Origin: the human T2T-CHM13v2.0 reference genome, Homo sapiens
Assembly (NCBI RefSeq): GCF_009914755.1
Contig: NC_060935.1
Direction: 5' to 3' (one strand)
Length of the DNA: 64,000 bases
The notes beneath the pieces were generated by a model that did not search any database, was not told where the DNA came from, and worked only from the letters and a program-made list of their open reading frames with translations. A program made the position numbers and the translations under genes. This document shows, in pieces, positions 29,841 to 43,665 of the stretch. The stretch's first letter is position 1, and each line of letters starts with the position of its first letter.

Positions 29841-29946
29841 CTTCCTTTGCTGTGCAGAAGCTTTTTTTTGCTGTGCAGAAGCTTCCTTTGCTGTGCTTCC
29901 TTTGCTGTGCAGAAGCTTCCTTTGCTGTGCAGAAGATTTTTGCTGT
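29841..29946. repeat. 20-bp tandem repeat (cttcctttgctgtgcagaag), ~5 copies, inside L1
   Basis: Exact units at 29841, 29896 and 29916; variant units at 29861, 29882 and 29936. Confidence 0.92.
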
Positions 29947-31699
29947 AATCCCACTTGTCTATTTTTTCTTTTGTTATTTGTGCTTTTGGTGTCATATCAA
30001 AATCATTGACAAGACCACTGTTATGAAGAGTTTTCCCTATGTTTTACTCTATGAGCTTCATAGTTTCCAATCATGTGTAAGTCTTTGATTCATTTTGAGT
30101 TGATTTGGAGGTATGGTGTAAGAAAGGGTTCAGTTTTATTTCATGTTTTGTATGTGGATATCCAGTTTTCCCAATACCATTTATTGAAGTTTATTCATTC
30201 CCTATTGTGTATGCTAAGCATCCTTGCCAAAGACAAGTTGAGCAGATATGCATGTGCCTATTTCTGGGCTCTCTATTCTGCTCTATTGGTCTTTATGTGT
30301 ATATGCCAATACTACATCATTTTATTTACTGTAGCTGTATTATATTTTGAAATGAAGAAGTGTGATACTTCCAGCCTTCTTTGTCCAGAAAAATTTGGCT
30401 AGTCAAGGTCTTTTGCAGTCTCCTAGGAATTTTAGGATTGTTTTTCTATTTCAGTGAAGAACGTCATTGGTATTTTGATCAAGATTTCATTGAAACTGTA
30501 CATTGCTTGGGTAGTGTGGTTATTGTAACAGCATTATATCTTCCAATCCATGAATATGGGGTGTGTTTTCATTTAATTTGTGTCTTTTAAAAATTTATTT
30601 CATCAATGTTTTATAGTTTTCAGTCTACAAGTATTTTACCTACTTGGTTAAGTTTATTTCTAAGTATTTTATTCTTCATGATGCTATTGTAAATGAGATT
30701 GTTTTCTTAATTTCCTTTTAAAAGAGTTCATTGTTAGTGTATAAAAATGCAACTGATTTTCGTACAGAGATTTCGAATCCTACAACTTTCTGATTTCATT
30801 TATTAATTCTAACAATTTTGTTGTGTTGTTTTTAGGGCTTTCTATCCATAAAATTGTCATCTGCAAACAGAAATAATCTTACTTCTTCATTTCTGATTTG
30901 GATGTCTTTCATTTCTTTCCCATACCTAATTGTTCTGGTTAGAGCTTCCAGTACTATGTTGAATAAAAGTGGTGAGTGGGCATCCTTGTCTTGTTCCTCA
31001 TCTTAGCAGGAAAGCTTTCAGTTTTTTACTTTTGAGTATGAGGGCAGCTGTGGACTTGCCATATATGACCATTATACTATGGTAAATGCCTTCTATACCT
31101 AATTTGTTGACAGTTTTTATCATGAAAGTATGTTGAGTTCTGTCAGAGGTTTTTTATGCATCTCTTGAGATGATCATGAGATTTTTACCCTTCATTCTGT
31201 TAATGTGATGTATCACATTAATTAATTTGCATATGTTAAACCATCATCCCAGGGATACAATCCACTTGATTATAGTGTTGATGACATTATTGGAGTCGTT
31301 TTAACGTAGAAGAATTATTTGCTTTTTCTTTACCTCCAAATGGCAAGGTTCCTTAAGGTTTTTGAAACTGAATTTGATTTATAAATCATACAGGCAGCCA
31401 ACTTTTTCAGGCATGCTTTCATATTCTATAGCTCATATGTACATAACTAAATTGCTATATACTGTATAGTTATATGTAAGAGTGGATGAGTACTGACTAC
31501 CTTCCAAAGGAAGAAAATCTAGAGACACACGAGCAAATAAAATAGGAAGCAAATCACATGCAGTAATCACTGGACTCACTATTCCTATCCAAAGCTTCAA
31601 AAATAAGTTGTTTCTAGGTTGGAAGGGCTAAAGGACTTTCTCTCTTGCTCTTCTCAGATATTTGAACCAACACTGAAATATACAAAGAACAGCTAAAAG

Positions 31700-32055
31700 T
31701 TTCTTTTCTTTCCAGACTCTTCACTTCCTCTTTCGCCTATCTGGAAATTTTTCCTCTTATCTTTCTCACCTAGGGTTCTTTTCATCTGCCATATTCTGGT
31801 CCAGATATTACCCCTTCAGAGAGGCTTTCAATCATCACTTTATCCGAGGAATGTACTCACCGTATTCAGTAGCACACCCTCTTTATTTACCTCATAGCAG
31901 TTATTGCTGTCTTTGATTATTTTCTTATCTATTGTCTATTCTTCCCACTACCACATGACATTCTCAAAGCTAGGAATTATTCATTTAATCTGTTTATATC
32001 CCCAGTTTAAATAAAAGAATATTTACTTGAATACTTGTCAAATAAATGAATGAGA
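31700..32055 (+). mobile_element. L2 3' region
   Basis: ccttcagagaggcttt...tatatccccag...aaataaatgaatga. Confidence 0.65.
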
Positions 32056-32459
32056 CTTAGGGAGACTTACAAAGTGATATATTTATTAAACTGCATTGTC
32101 TACAAAATTGGGTGGGGGTAAAGGTAGCTTCTAGAGACTATTTAAGGGAATAAGAATCATTGCTTAGTTTTCTGCATATGGCTAACTGTGTAGATGTTCT
32201 TTGGCTAGCTTTATTAGTATTCCACAGCACCTCCTGCTGCCACCTAGAACATGTCTTGACTGTCTTCCTGCTCTGATTAGAGATGTGCTGTCTGAGCACT
32301 CATTTCAGTATCAGTTAAGCCAGACATAATTGAGGAGGGAAATGAGCTGCTCTGCATGCAGACGCATGTTTCCCCAAAACAAACAAACAAAGCTAGTGAG
32401 CAAGAAAAAATCAGTGAATTGCAGCCAGAAAAAAAGAAAAGATTTTGTCTTAGAAACAA

Positions 32460-32635
32460 AAGATCCGAGGCTCAAGTCTTTCTCCGCAACTCAAATTCCC
32501 TTGATTAAGTCACAAGGCCTTTTTGAGGCTCAATTTTGTTAACTATTATGTGGGTATAATAGCAACTGCCCTATGCTCTTAGAGTTTCTGGGAGAAATGT
32601 ATGGCATGGAAAGCACTTGGAAAACTGTAAAGCTC
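32460..32635 (+). mobile_element. MIR/MIR3 fragment
   Basis: cttgattaagtcac...ggctcaattttg...ggaaagcacttggaaaactgtaaagc. Confidence 0.55.
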
Positions 32636-32789
32636 CCTCTCCACAAAAGGAATTGTTTTTAGAGTATAATTGAAATATCAGGCTCTATAATATGTAAACA
32701 AAATCCTGTGAAGTAAGGATGTAACATCCTACAAGAATCCCACAATCTCATATGGTCCTGGCCACTAAGAAACTCAATATTATATGTTT

Positions 32790-33470
32790 ATCCAACAAAC
32801 ATCCAGGCTCTAGGATTGACACTGTAAGAATAAGAAAGATATAGTATCTGTTTCACATAGCTTACAATTCAGGGGTGAGAATGAGCTAAGAGTAATAATA
32901 GCATGTAATAAGTGCAAAGTCACAGTTAGCGTAATAAGTGCCATGTCATAATTCGTGCTAGCAGAAGTACCAGGACTCCTGGAAGGGCGTGAAAATATTT
33001 CTCTGAAGGAGATATATATATAGAATCTAAGACCTGAAATATAAATAAGAATAATGAGGTTAAATGGTAGGAGAATGCTCCAAAAAATGATAGCATTTTT
33101 GAAGTCCAGGAGTAAATAAAAGAGAGAACAAAGAGGTTTTGAGGAAAATATAAGATGTTGTTATGGGTGAAGCTCAGTGTGTGAGGTGGGGGTTGATAAG
33201 AGGTAAGGTTGAGAAGCTCTGCTGGAGCCATGAACTGAAGGAATTTAACTTTATTGTGAAATCAGTGCAGGGATCTTCAAGCATTTCAAAGCACAGCGGT
33301 GAAATAAGATTTTGTTTTAGAAGGGTTACTCCGACTACAGTATAGAAAATAATTAGGCAAGAGTGGGAATAGGCATATGAGTTAGGAGGTTGATTAAGTA
33401 TCCTAGGTAAGACATAGAACTGAGTGTTGGCAATGGGGATGGAGAGAGATTTAGATGCTTGGTTTAGTGA
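32790..33470 (-). mobile_element. L2 fragment
   Basis: agcttacaattcagggg...aaggaatttaacttta...gattttgttttagaagggttactccgactacagt. Confidence 0.7.
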
Positions 33471-33827
33471 GAGGAATGAGTCAGGTTCTCTAAATTGTGA
33501 TAACCCCTATGTCTTCAGACTTCAAAGCATTCCACATTCTCCACTGGGAAGTAGAAGAAAGCTTCATAGTGGTTTGACTTTTTTTTTTTTTAAATTTCTG
33601 GATCTATCTTTAAGTATCCCAATGAGCTTAGGAAGAAAAACTCAGTGCATAAGAAATTTTGTGCTGTGGCTTCTTCAGAGAAGCTCATGAAGAAAAACTA
33701 CATCTTTAAAAATTAGGAATAAAATGTGTAGGTTTCTATTTATCCATAAGATTTCAGGTTATTTGCTTATTTAACCAAGTATTCAGCAACAGAGAAATTG
33801 TCATTATTGCTCAAACGATTACAATAC

Positions 33828-34242
33828 TGTGTTAATATGTTTTGTACTGCTTTAACAGAGTACCTGAGACAGGGAATGTCATTTTGTGCTGCCATAACAG
33901 AATACTGAAGCTTTATAAAAAACAAATTTATTTCTCACAGACTGGAGATGGAAAAGTCCAAGATCAAGGTCCAGCTTCTGGTGTTAAATGAGGGCCTTCA
34001 TACTGTGTCATCTCATAGCAGAATGCAGAAGGGCAAAAAGGGACAAACTCTGTGTCCTCATTTGGCAGATGAGCAGCAAAGAGAGAACGCACTCCCACAG
34101 CCCTTTTTATAGTGGCATTAATCCATTCAGGAAGGTGAAGCCCTCATGACCTAAACACCTTCTATTAGGCCCCCACTCCTAACACTGTTGCAATGGGGAT
34201 TAAATTTCCATTGCATGAATTTGGATTATAGACAACACAACA
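33828..34242 (-). mobile_element. MST-family (MSTC/D-like) MaLR solo LTR
   Basis: aaatttatttctcacag..aagtccaagatcaagg..gcattaatccattc..gccctcatgacctaa; aatac on both flanks; terminal ~30 bp present twice. Confidence 0.85.
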
Positions 34243-34709
34243 ATACATTTAATGCGAAAATACTTGACATTATTTACTATTTTTATTGACATTCTTTAGA
34301 GACTTACAGAGGCACATGTCATTATTATAAACCCTACCTTTTACTTACAGTTGTGGGTGTCAAAGGATTGAGACGTTGGAATGAGAGATCTTTATTGATA
34401 CTAGCATTACTCTGCAAGAATAAATCCCTGCTACCGCTCATCTGTTTTCATTAAAAAATCATGTGTAGAATATATAAACTGTAAAAAAATCTTTTTTTTA
34501 AACTTTCTGATTGCTTAGATTCCAGGTAAGTATTTAAAAAAATCCTACAGATAAAAAAATTATACTAAGGATTTAGATTGTTAGAGTAGAAAGACAGTAG
34601 AATAATAACAATATTTGCATTGATTGAGGAGTTACTACTTGTCAGACATTGACCAGTAACAGAAATAGTGGGGATCTGAATCCAGGTCTACCTTTCAAGT
34701 ACATGATAG

Positions 34710-35365
34710 GCAGTTTTCTCAAGGTTTCAACTGGCATCCTGCAGTCTACACTAAGTCCGAAGCTTACATTTTGCTGGCCTAATGTGGGCCCATATAATGT
34801 TTTAATTTTATTTTTCAATGAATTGCCAACATTTTAAAATTGAGGTGCTTCAACCATATTCTTGAATTTCTAGTTTCTTTTTAAAAATTGTGAAATATGA
34901 CTTTATTTTCTCACCAAAAAAAAATCAAAGTTCTGCTTCAGTATAGTATAGTGTAGTATAGGACAGTCCAGTATAGTATAGTATAGTATAGTATAGTATA
35001 GTATAGTATAGTATAGTATAGTATAGTAGTATATATAGTATATACAGTACGGCACAGCACAGTACAGTCTAGGAAAGCTTATACCATGTACTCTGAAGTT
35101 TACCCTAATTCTCTCTGTTGCATTTCTATTACCAAAGCCAAGTTTAAGTTGCGCTGACGATGAATACTTGTCCTACAATTTTAAGATAGAGTTAAAAAGA
35201 GTGTTGATTATTTATGATGTATTCATGTTTCTCTAATGTTAAAAACTGAAAGTCTAAGAGGATTGCATGTTTAAAGAAAAATGGGAGAAAATATACATCT
35301 TTGGGGCTTTGAAAAATTATGTCTATTTACATGAAGTTCCTGGCCCACTGAGTTTTTGACAGCTG
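34710..35365. mobile_element. hAT-Charlie DNA transposon fossil (Charlie4/MER102-like)
   Basis: gaattgccaacattttaaaattgagg...gcatgtttaaagaaaaatgggagaaa resembles a remembered Charlie consensus. Confidence 0.5.
34940..35070. repeat. (AGTAT)n pentanucleotide microsatellite
   Basis: Pure core of ~11 units (34970-35027) with degenerate agtac/agcac flanks. Confidence 0.95.
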
Positions 35366-36849
35366 TTTACCCTTCTTATTTGTTTATTATAACTTTAGAA
35401 TGGAGGCTCAGGCACAGAATGGAGGCTTGAGTATTTTTTAAAGCTCCCAGTAATCTTAAAGAGCAGCTGAGTTGAGAATCACTGGGTTAACCACACAGCT
35501 GGTTAGTGCCAGAGCCAGATCCCCTGACCTAAGTGTGCCCTAAGTGTGGGTGACTCACACAAAAGCAGAGAAGCAGCTGCTGTAAACCCACCCCCACCCC
35601 GTAGCAGGACAAAGCCCCCCATTTAAGTGGAAAGAAAGGTCTTTTGTGTTTTGCTTTTATCTTACATTTTCCAAGCTTTGCTTGTTGCTCTTTACTCTTG
35701 GAAAATATTTTTTAAAATCTTTACAATTTAACACAGCCACTCGCCTATTTATAACAAGCCTGCAATTGGGAAGAGCTGTATCAAATTTTGGTGAATCATC
35801 ATCCCCTTCCAGCAGGAAAGGCATAATTTATATAATGGGAAGTGGTGGAAAGGTGAGCTATTTCATACTGAACTAGAGGTTCAGGAAGTTACTGGGACAT
35901 AGTTTTTTTTACCTGAAAATCAAATCAAAGTATGCTAGAATAAATCTCCCAGAGCCCTGACTCTTGACAGCCAGGGGAAGCAAGGATAGAGTGAGAACAT
36001 GTGAAAATTGAAGTGGAGCAGAGTCTAGTTTTCCTATAGGCAGCAAGTGCACAGAGCATAACAGAGCTTTATGCTTCCCTCAAGAATTTCACATATCAGT
36101 TTGGGAGATAAACTGACAGCAATGGGAATTAAGTGAGGAGTCTTAGGAGTGGCTCAGTTCAACTGACTTCTGATCCAGTGTGTCTCTGTAAAACTCATAC
36201 CTTTGTTGTCATTGGGCACACAGTGAAGAACTGAGAATTTGTAGTCCAAAAATAAATACGGAGGTATATCCATTTAATACCTGTTTAAATATTTAAAATC
36301 CTGAGGAGGAAAGCCTTAAACTTGGTATCTAATTATCCGTTCAATTATGAGCAAATTTTCAATCGGATCGAAGCCTCCAATGCTTCTCAATATTGATGAA
36401 TCATTCAATTTGCAGAAAACCCAGAACTAGGCACTCTGGCTTAACTAGTAAACTAGTTAACCAGTCAATTAGTAAACACCGGTGTTGATTTCAGAAGATC
36501 CTTAAAATCTCCAAACAGGTTTCATTTTAGTGGTGAGTCTTAGCTGGGTGGAGGTGGTCGAATTTGTGAACCTATTTGGTAAAAGCACTTTAAAATGTCA
36601 GTGAGCTTATAATATTAAATCTGTGTTGTAAGCCATACCTCACAGCTCCTGAACTTTATGGGTTTGGGTGCAGGGAGATAGGATTTAGCAAGTGGAATGA
36701 CGCATCTGGGTTTTGACGGGCTGTTCTATGGGATTCTACTTTATTTATGTTTAATTTCTGAATCTAATTGACCCATATGTAAGTAATGATTTCTCTAGGT
36801 GTTCTTCTGCACATTCACACCATTGCCAATTGTGCAATGATTCATATAT

Positions 36850-37085
36850 CCATCTTGGAATCTGTTAGATTTGAATCTGAATTTCTCGTCAAGTATGTAC
36901 AAGCTATATGACCTCAGAAAGCTTGTTTATTTTTTTCTAAATTTCAGTTTCCTTGTGTGTAAAAATGAAATAATAATAGTCCCCACTCTGTAAAACCATT
37001 GTGAAGATAAGATAATGTATGTTCAAAACAAACAGACAAAGTGTCTGGATCCCAATCAATGTTTAATGTAAGATATCATCATCAC
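36850..37085 (+). mobile_element. MIR
   Basis: agctatatgacctcag...ttcagtttccttgtgtgtaaaaatgaaataataatagt. Confidence 0.78.
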
Positions 37086-37712
37086 CATCACCATCCTCAT
37101 TCTCCTCATCATGACCATTAGATCTTTAGCTATCAAACACTGCTTATGTTTAAAAGTAAGCAGTCATCCCCCACAAAGCTTCTCCTTTTTGAAATCTCCA
37201 ATCTTTGCAGTTAGAATTTATGTCTTTCTCCTCAACTTTCCTTAACAGTTTGTTTAAGCCCTTATTACTCTAAAACTAAATTATAGCCTGGCTTATATCA
37301 GAGAATTTATTTCCGTAATATGCAGTGAATTCCTTAGGAAGAGTTTCTATCTCTTATTTATTTTTATTTTCCTAAGATATATTAAAATGGCTAACATGCA
37401 GAACATATTTGTTGTTGTATTAAATGCTTCTAGGTGACTAGTTACTGTTTCTAAATTGGTCTTATCTTCCTGCTGCTTAGTGCTGATGCATTAAAGATAT
37501 TCATAATTTCATGATAGTACAAAAGAAAGAAAATAAGGGAAAAAATAGAAGGCAATGACTAAAATATTTATGCATTTTAATAGCATATTTTTTCTAGCTG
37601 TAAAAAAATTGGTAAGTACCAGAAAGTGTAAAGAAATATGAATAAATTTATCTTTGGCTCCTCTACTACAAAGCAATTTCAACATATGTGTTTTGACATA
37701 TATATTTTTTAG

Positions 37713-38027
<315 letters not shown>

Positions 38028-39229
38028 TAATATAGTTTTAATAGAAGTTGATTACACTGTGTGTATGCACACACATATAAGAATATTTTGTACACTTTTA
38101 CTGTTGTTTAATTATTCATCTTTTCCAATGAAATTAAAAATCTCTTCACAAAAACTTCTTCACAAACTTTTTTTTTAATGGTACATATTATTTGATCTCA
38201 TAGCTGGTTCATAATTTACTCAGTGATTAACACTAATTTGATTCATTCCAGTTTTCATTATCATAATTCATGCTGAAACAGATATTTTGCACATAAATAT
38301 GTGTTCACATTTCAGATTTTTCTTTGGGACAAATTTCTATACGTGGAATTATTGAGTCAAAGAGTATGATTCACAAATACTCACAGAGTTCTAGACTATG
38401 TTTTAATATAAACCTAAAAGTGGACTTCCCAATAGAAAAATAAAGTCAAGGAATAAAAATTAAGCAAATTCCCAATAAACATATAAGAAAATGCAATCTT
38501 GTCATTATCAAAAGAAAACCATTATTAAAGTTATGACTTGTTACACTGTGTTATTGAAATAATAAAATACTATTTTAATATACACAAAAAGATTTTTTTA
38601 AAATTGTATGACATTGTCTTGAGAAGGAAGTGAGTACATGGTATTTGTGAAAGTATAAATTGCTGCCAAGTTGTGCATTTTAACAACACTTAACAAGGCA
38701 TTAGAATAGTGCAAATGTTTTGACCCAGGAATTTATGAAAATAAATATACGTAAATATATTTCTTTAAGGGTTTTGTATTACATATTTTTTTGTAAGCTT
38801 TAAAAATTTTTAGCAACATAAATATCCATTTGAAACATCATTCGTAATAGTATCAGTATTTTATTGCGTGGATATATTACGGTATTTTTTAAAAACAAGC
38901 ACTATTTGTCAATCACTTAGGTTATCTCTGATTTTCCTTTCTTATAAAAATTGCTGTGCTAAATATCCTTGTTGCTAAATCTTTGAGCATGTGTCTCTTT
39001 TTAATGCCTAACATACATTTTTAGAAGCTAAATATTTGGTACCAAGTTTTAAACTGTGGTTGTTTTGGAAAGTTGATGCAGTGAATATGTTTTACTTTTC
39101 TCTCTTTCTTTCTTCTCCCTATATCCATTTGTTAGTTTTTCTGCAAAGAGTATACACAACATTTATTAAAAAACAAAGATGGTGAATTGTATGCATACAT
39201 TATTTACCTACTTTCTTCCAAGTCCAACA

Positions 39230-40970
<1,741 letters not shown>

Positions 40971-42106
40971 TGTGAGAACATAGTTAACAAGTACTATTTG
41001 TCAAGCTTGGGAAATATCAATGAATAAAAGATTTGTTGAATCTTTCAATTCATAAACATGGTATATCTTTTCACTTATTTAGATATCTTTGGATTATTTT
41101 TATCAGTACTTTGTGGACTTCAGCATATACATCATGTTCATGTTTTGTAAAATTTAAACCTAGTATTTTATGTTTTGAGCAATGTAAATGATGTTGTACT
41201 TTTAATTTTATTGTCAACATGCTCTTTACAAGTGCATATGAATACAATTGATTTTTGTGTGGCTAAAAAATTGTATCTTTGTTGAATTAACTTTGCAGTT
41301 CTATAGGTATTTTTCTTGAGATTTTCTATGTAGACCACCATATCATCTGTGCATAGATATAGTTTTATTTTTTTCCAATCTGCATGCTTTTTGTTTTCTA
41401 TTTCTACCTCATGGTGATAACTAGAACTTCCAGTACTAAGGTGAAAGTAATAATAGAGTGGTCACCCTTTCCCCTCTCCCCTTAAGATCAAGGCTGTTCT
41501 GCCATTCTGTGAGTTTCCACATGCTGTTCTGTCCATCCTAGTGGGAGCTGCTTGTTAGTCCTGTCTCCTATCCACCATTTTCCACAATCTTCCAGTTAGC
41601 TTATTTTGGTTAAAGATGTTGTTGCATTCTATACACTTGATTCTTTTCTGCCTAGTTATTACATAAATTGTTGAGATGAGGTGCTTCACTTAAAACTGTG
41701 GATTTGTCTATTTTCTTATTCAATTCTATCAGGTTTTGCTTCACTTATTTTGCAGCTATATTGTTCAGTACATACACATTTTGTATTATTTTGTCTTCTT
41801 GGTGGTGTCTTGGTGATGTCTTATTATTAATGATTAATTTTTTTCATCATTAGTAATGTCCCTCTGTCTCTTTTGATTTTCTTTCTCTAAAGTTTACTTT
41901 ATCTGGAATTAATATAGCTGCTCTTGCTTTTCTTTGATTACAGTTTGCATAATGTATTTTTTTAACATTTTATATTCAAGTTGCCTACATTATTTTATTG
42001 AAGTGAGTTTTCATACACCACATATTGTTAAGGAATATTTTAAAATTAACTCTGCCAAATTTTGTCTTTAGATTGGTGTATTTAGACCATTTACATTTAA
42101 TGTAAT

Positions 42107-42454
42107 TATCTTCGTCAGTTTGGGCTGTTATGACAGAGTACAATGGACTAGGTGGCCTAAAGAACATTTATTTCTCATGATTCTGAAGGCTGGAAATTCC
42201 AAGGTCAAGGTGCCAACAGATTTAGTATCTGGTGAGAGTTCACTTCCTAGTTCATAGACAGCCTTCTTCTCACTGTGTCTTCACATGGTAGAAAGAGCAA
42301 AGGAGCTCTCTGGAGTCTTATATAACCTCACTCAGGAGAGCTCTACCCTTATGACCTAATCATGTACCAAAGACCCTACCTCCTAATACTATCACTTTGG
42401 GGATCAGGTTTCCCACATATACACTTTGAGAGGACATAGACTTAATCTGTAGCA
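42107..42454 (-). mobile_element. MLT1A-like MaLR solo LTR inserted in L1
   Basis: catttatttctcatgattctgaaggctggaaattccaaggtcaaggtgcc; perfect 5-bp TSD gtaat (42102-42106 / 42455-42459). Confidence 0.88.
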
Positions 42455-43608
42455 GTAATTATTTTTATACTAGAGTTTCAGTCTTCTATTTTGGTTTTTT
42501 TTCTCTGTTTTTTTTTTTTTATTTCTCTGTTTTATTTTTCTGGCCTTTTTTAATGGGTTACTTGAAAATCTTAGATTTCTACTTTATCTATAGGGTTTTT
42601 GAGTGTATCTCTTTGTATAGCTTTTTTTAGTGGTAATTCTAGTTAGTATATAATTTATGGCAGTCCACTGGTGTCATAGTGGACTTCCACTGAGCCTTCC
42701 ACTGAGGTTTTACCAGTTAAAGAAGGTCTTACGTCCCTGAGTCCTTTTACTTTCCACCATTTATAATATAAATTTCCTGATTATGTTTTTTACATATATT
42801 TAAACTGCATCATATAAAGTCATAATTTTGCTTCAATCATCAACCATAAGTTGAAAACACAAAAGAAGAAAATGCATTATATTTATTCATATTTTACTTT
42901 CTGTTGCATTTTCTACCTTCCTCATACATAGAAAACTTTCTCTGTAGAAACTTTCTGTGTAGAAAACTTTCTTTAGCCATTTTTTTAGTGTAGGTCTATT
43001 GGCGACAAAATTTCTTTTCTTTTAATCATTATTTGAGAACCTTGATTTACCTTTTACTTTTGAAGGACATTTTCATTATATGTGGAATTCTAGTTTTACA
43101 GTTCTTTCGGCACTTGAAAAATGTTGTGCCACTTTCTTCTGGCCTCCTCCCATGGTTTCTTATGAGGGATTTAGTGATTTAGATTCCCCTACTCCTATGG
43201 GTAAGCAGTTGTTGCTTTCTTACTACTTTAGATTATGTTGTTTGGTTGTTTCTTTTTTAGTTTCCAGAGGTTTTACTATGATTTGTCTTGCTATGAATTT
43301 CTCTGGGTTTATCCTATTTGGGGTTCACTCAGCTTCTTGTATGTATAAGTTATGTGTCTTGCCAAATTTACAATGTTTTCAGCCATTATTTACTTAAGTA
43401 ATTTTTCAGCTTTGACCTTATCTTCCTCTCCTTCTGAGGTTCTGATGGCACTAATATTTTAGTTTTTTAAAAAAGAAATAGTTTTTCAGGTTTCTGAGGC
43501 TCTGCTTATTTATTTACGGCTTTGTTTCTCTCCACTATTCAAATTGGATAATTTCTTTTGATCTATCTTTCAGTTCATTTACTGTTTCTTTCCTCTCCCC
43601 TTTCCATT

Positions 43609-43665
43609 TTGTTGTTGGTGCTGCTGTTGTTGTTGCTGCTGTTGTTGCTGCTGCTGTTGTTGCTG
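43609..43665. repeat. Interrupted (CTG/TTG)19 trinucleotide repeat
   Basis: 19 consecutive NTG triplets; reads CAG/CAA on the - strand. Confidence 0.9.

Noticed and set aside
29726-30590. Cluster of hydrophobic plus-strand ORFs
   Set aside because: Antisense reading of T-rich L1 ORF2
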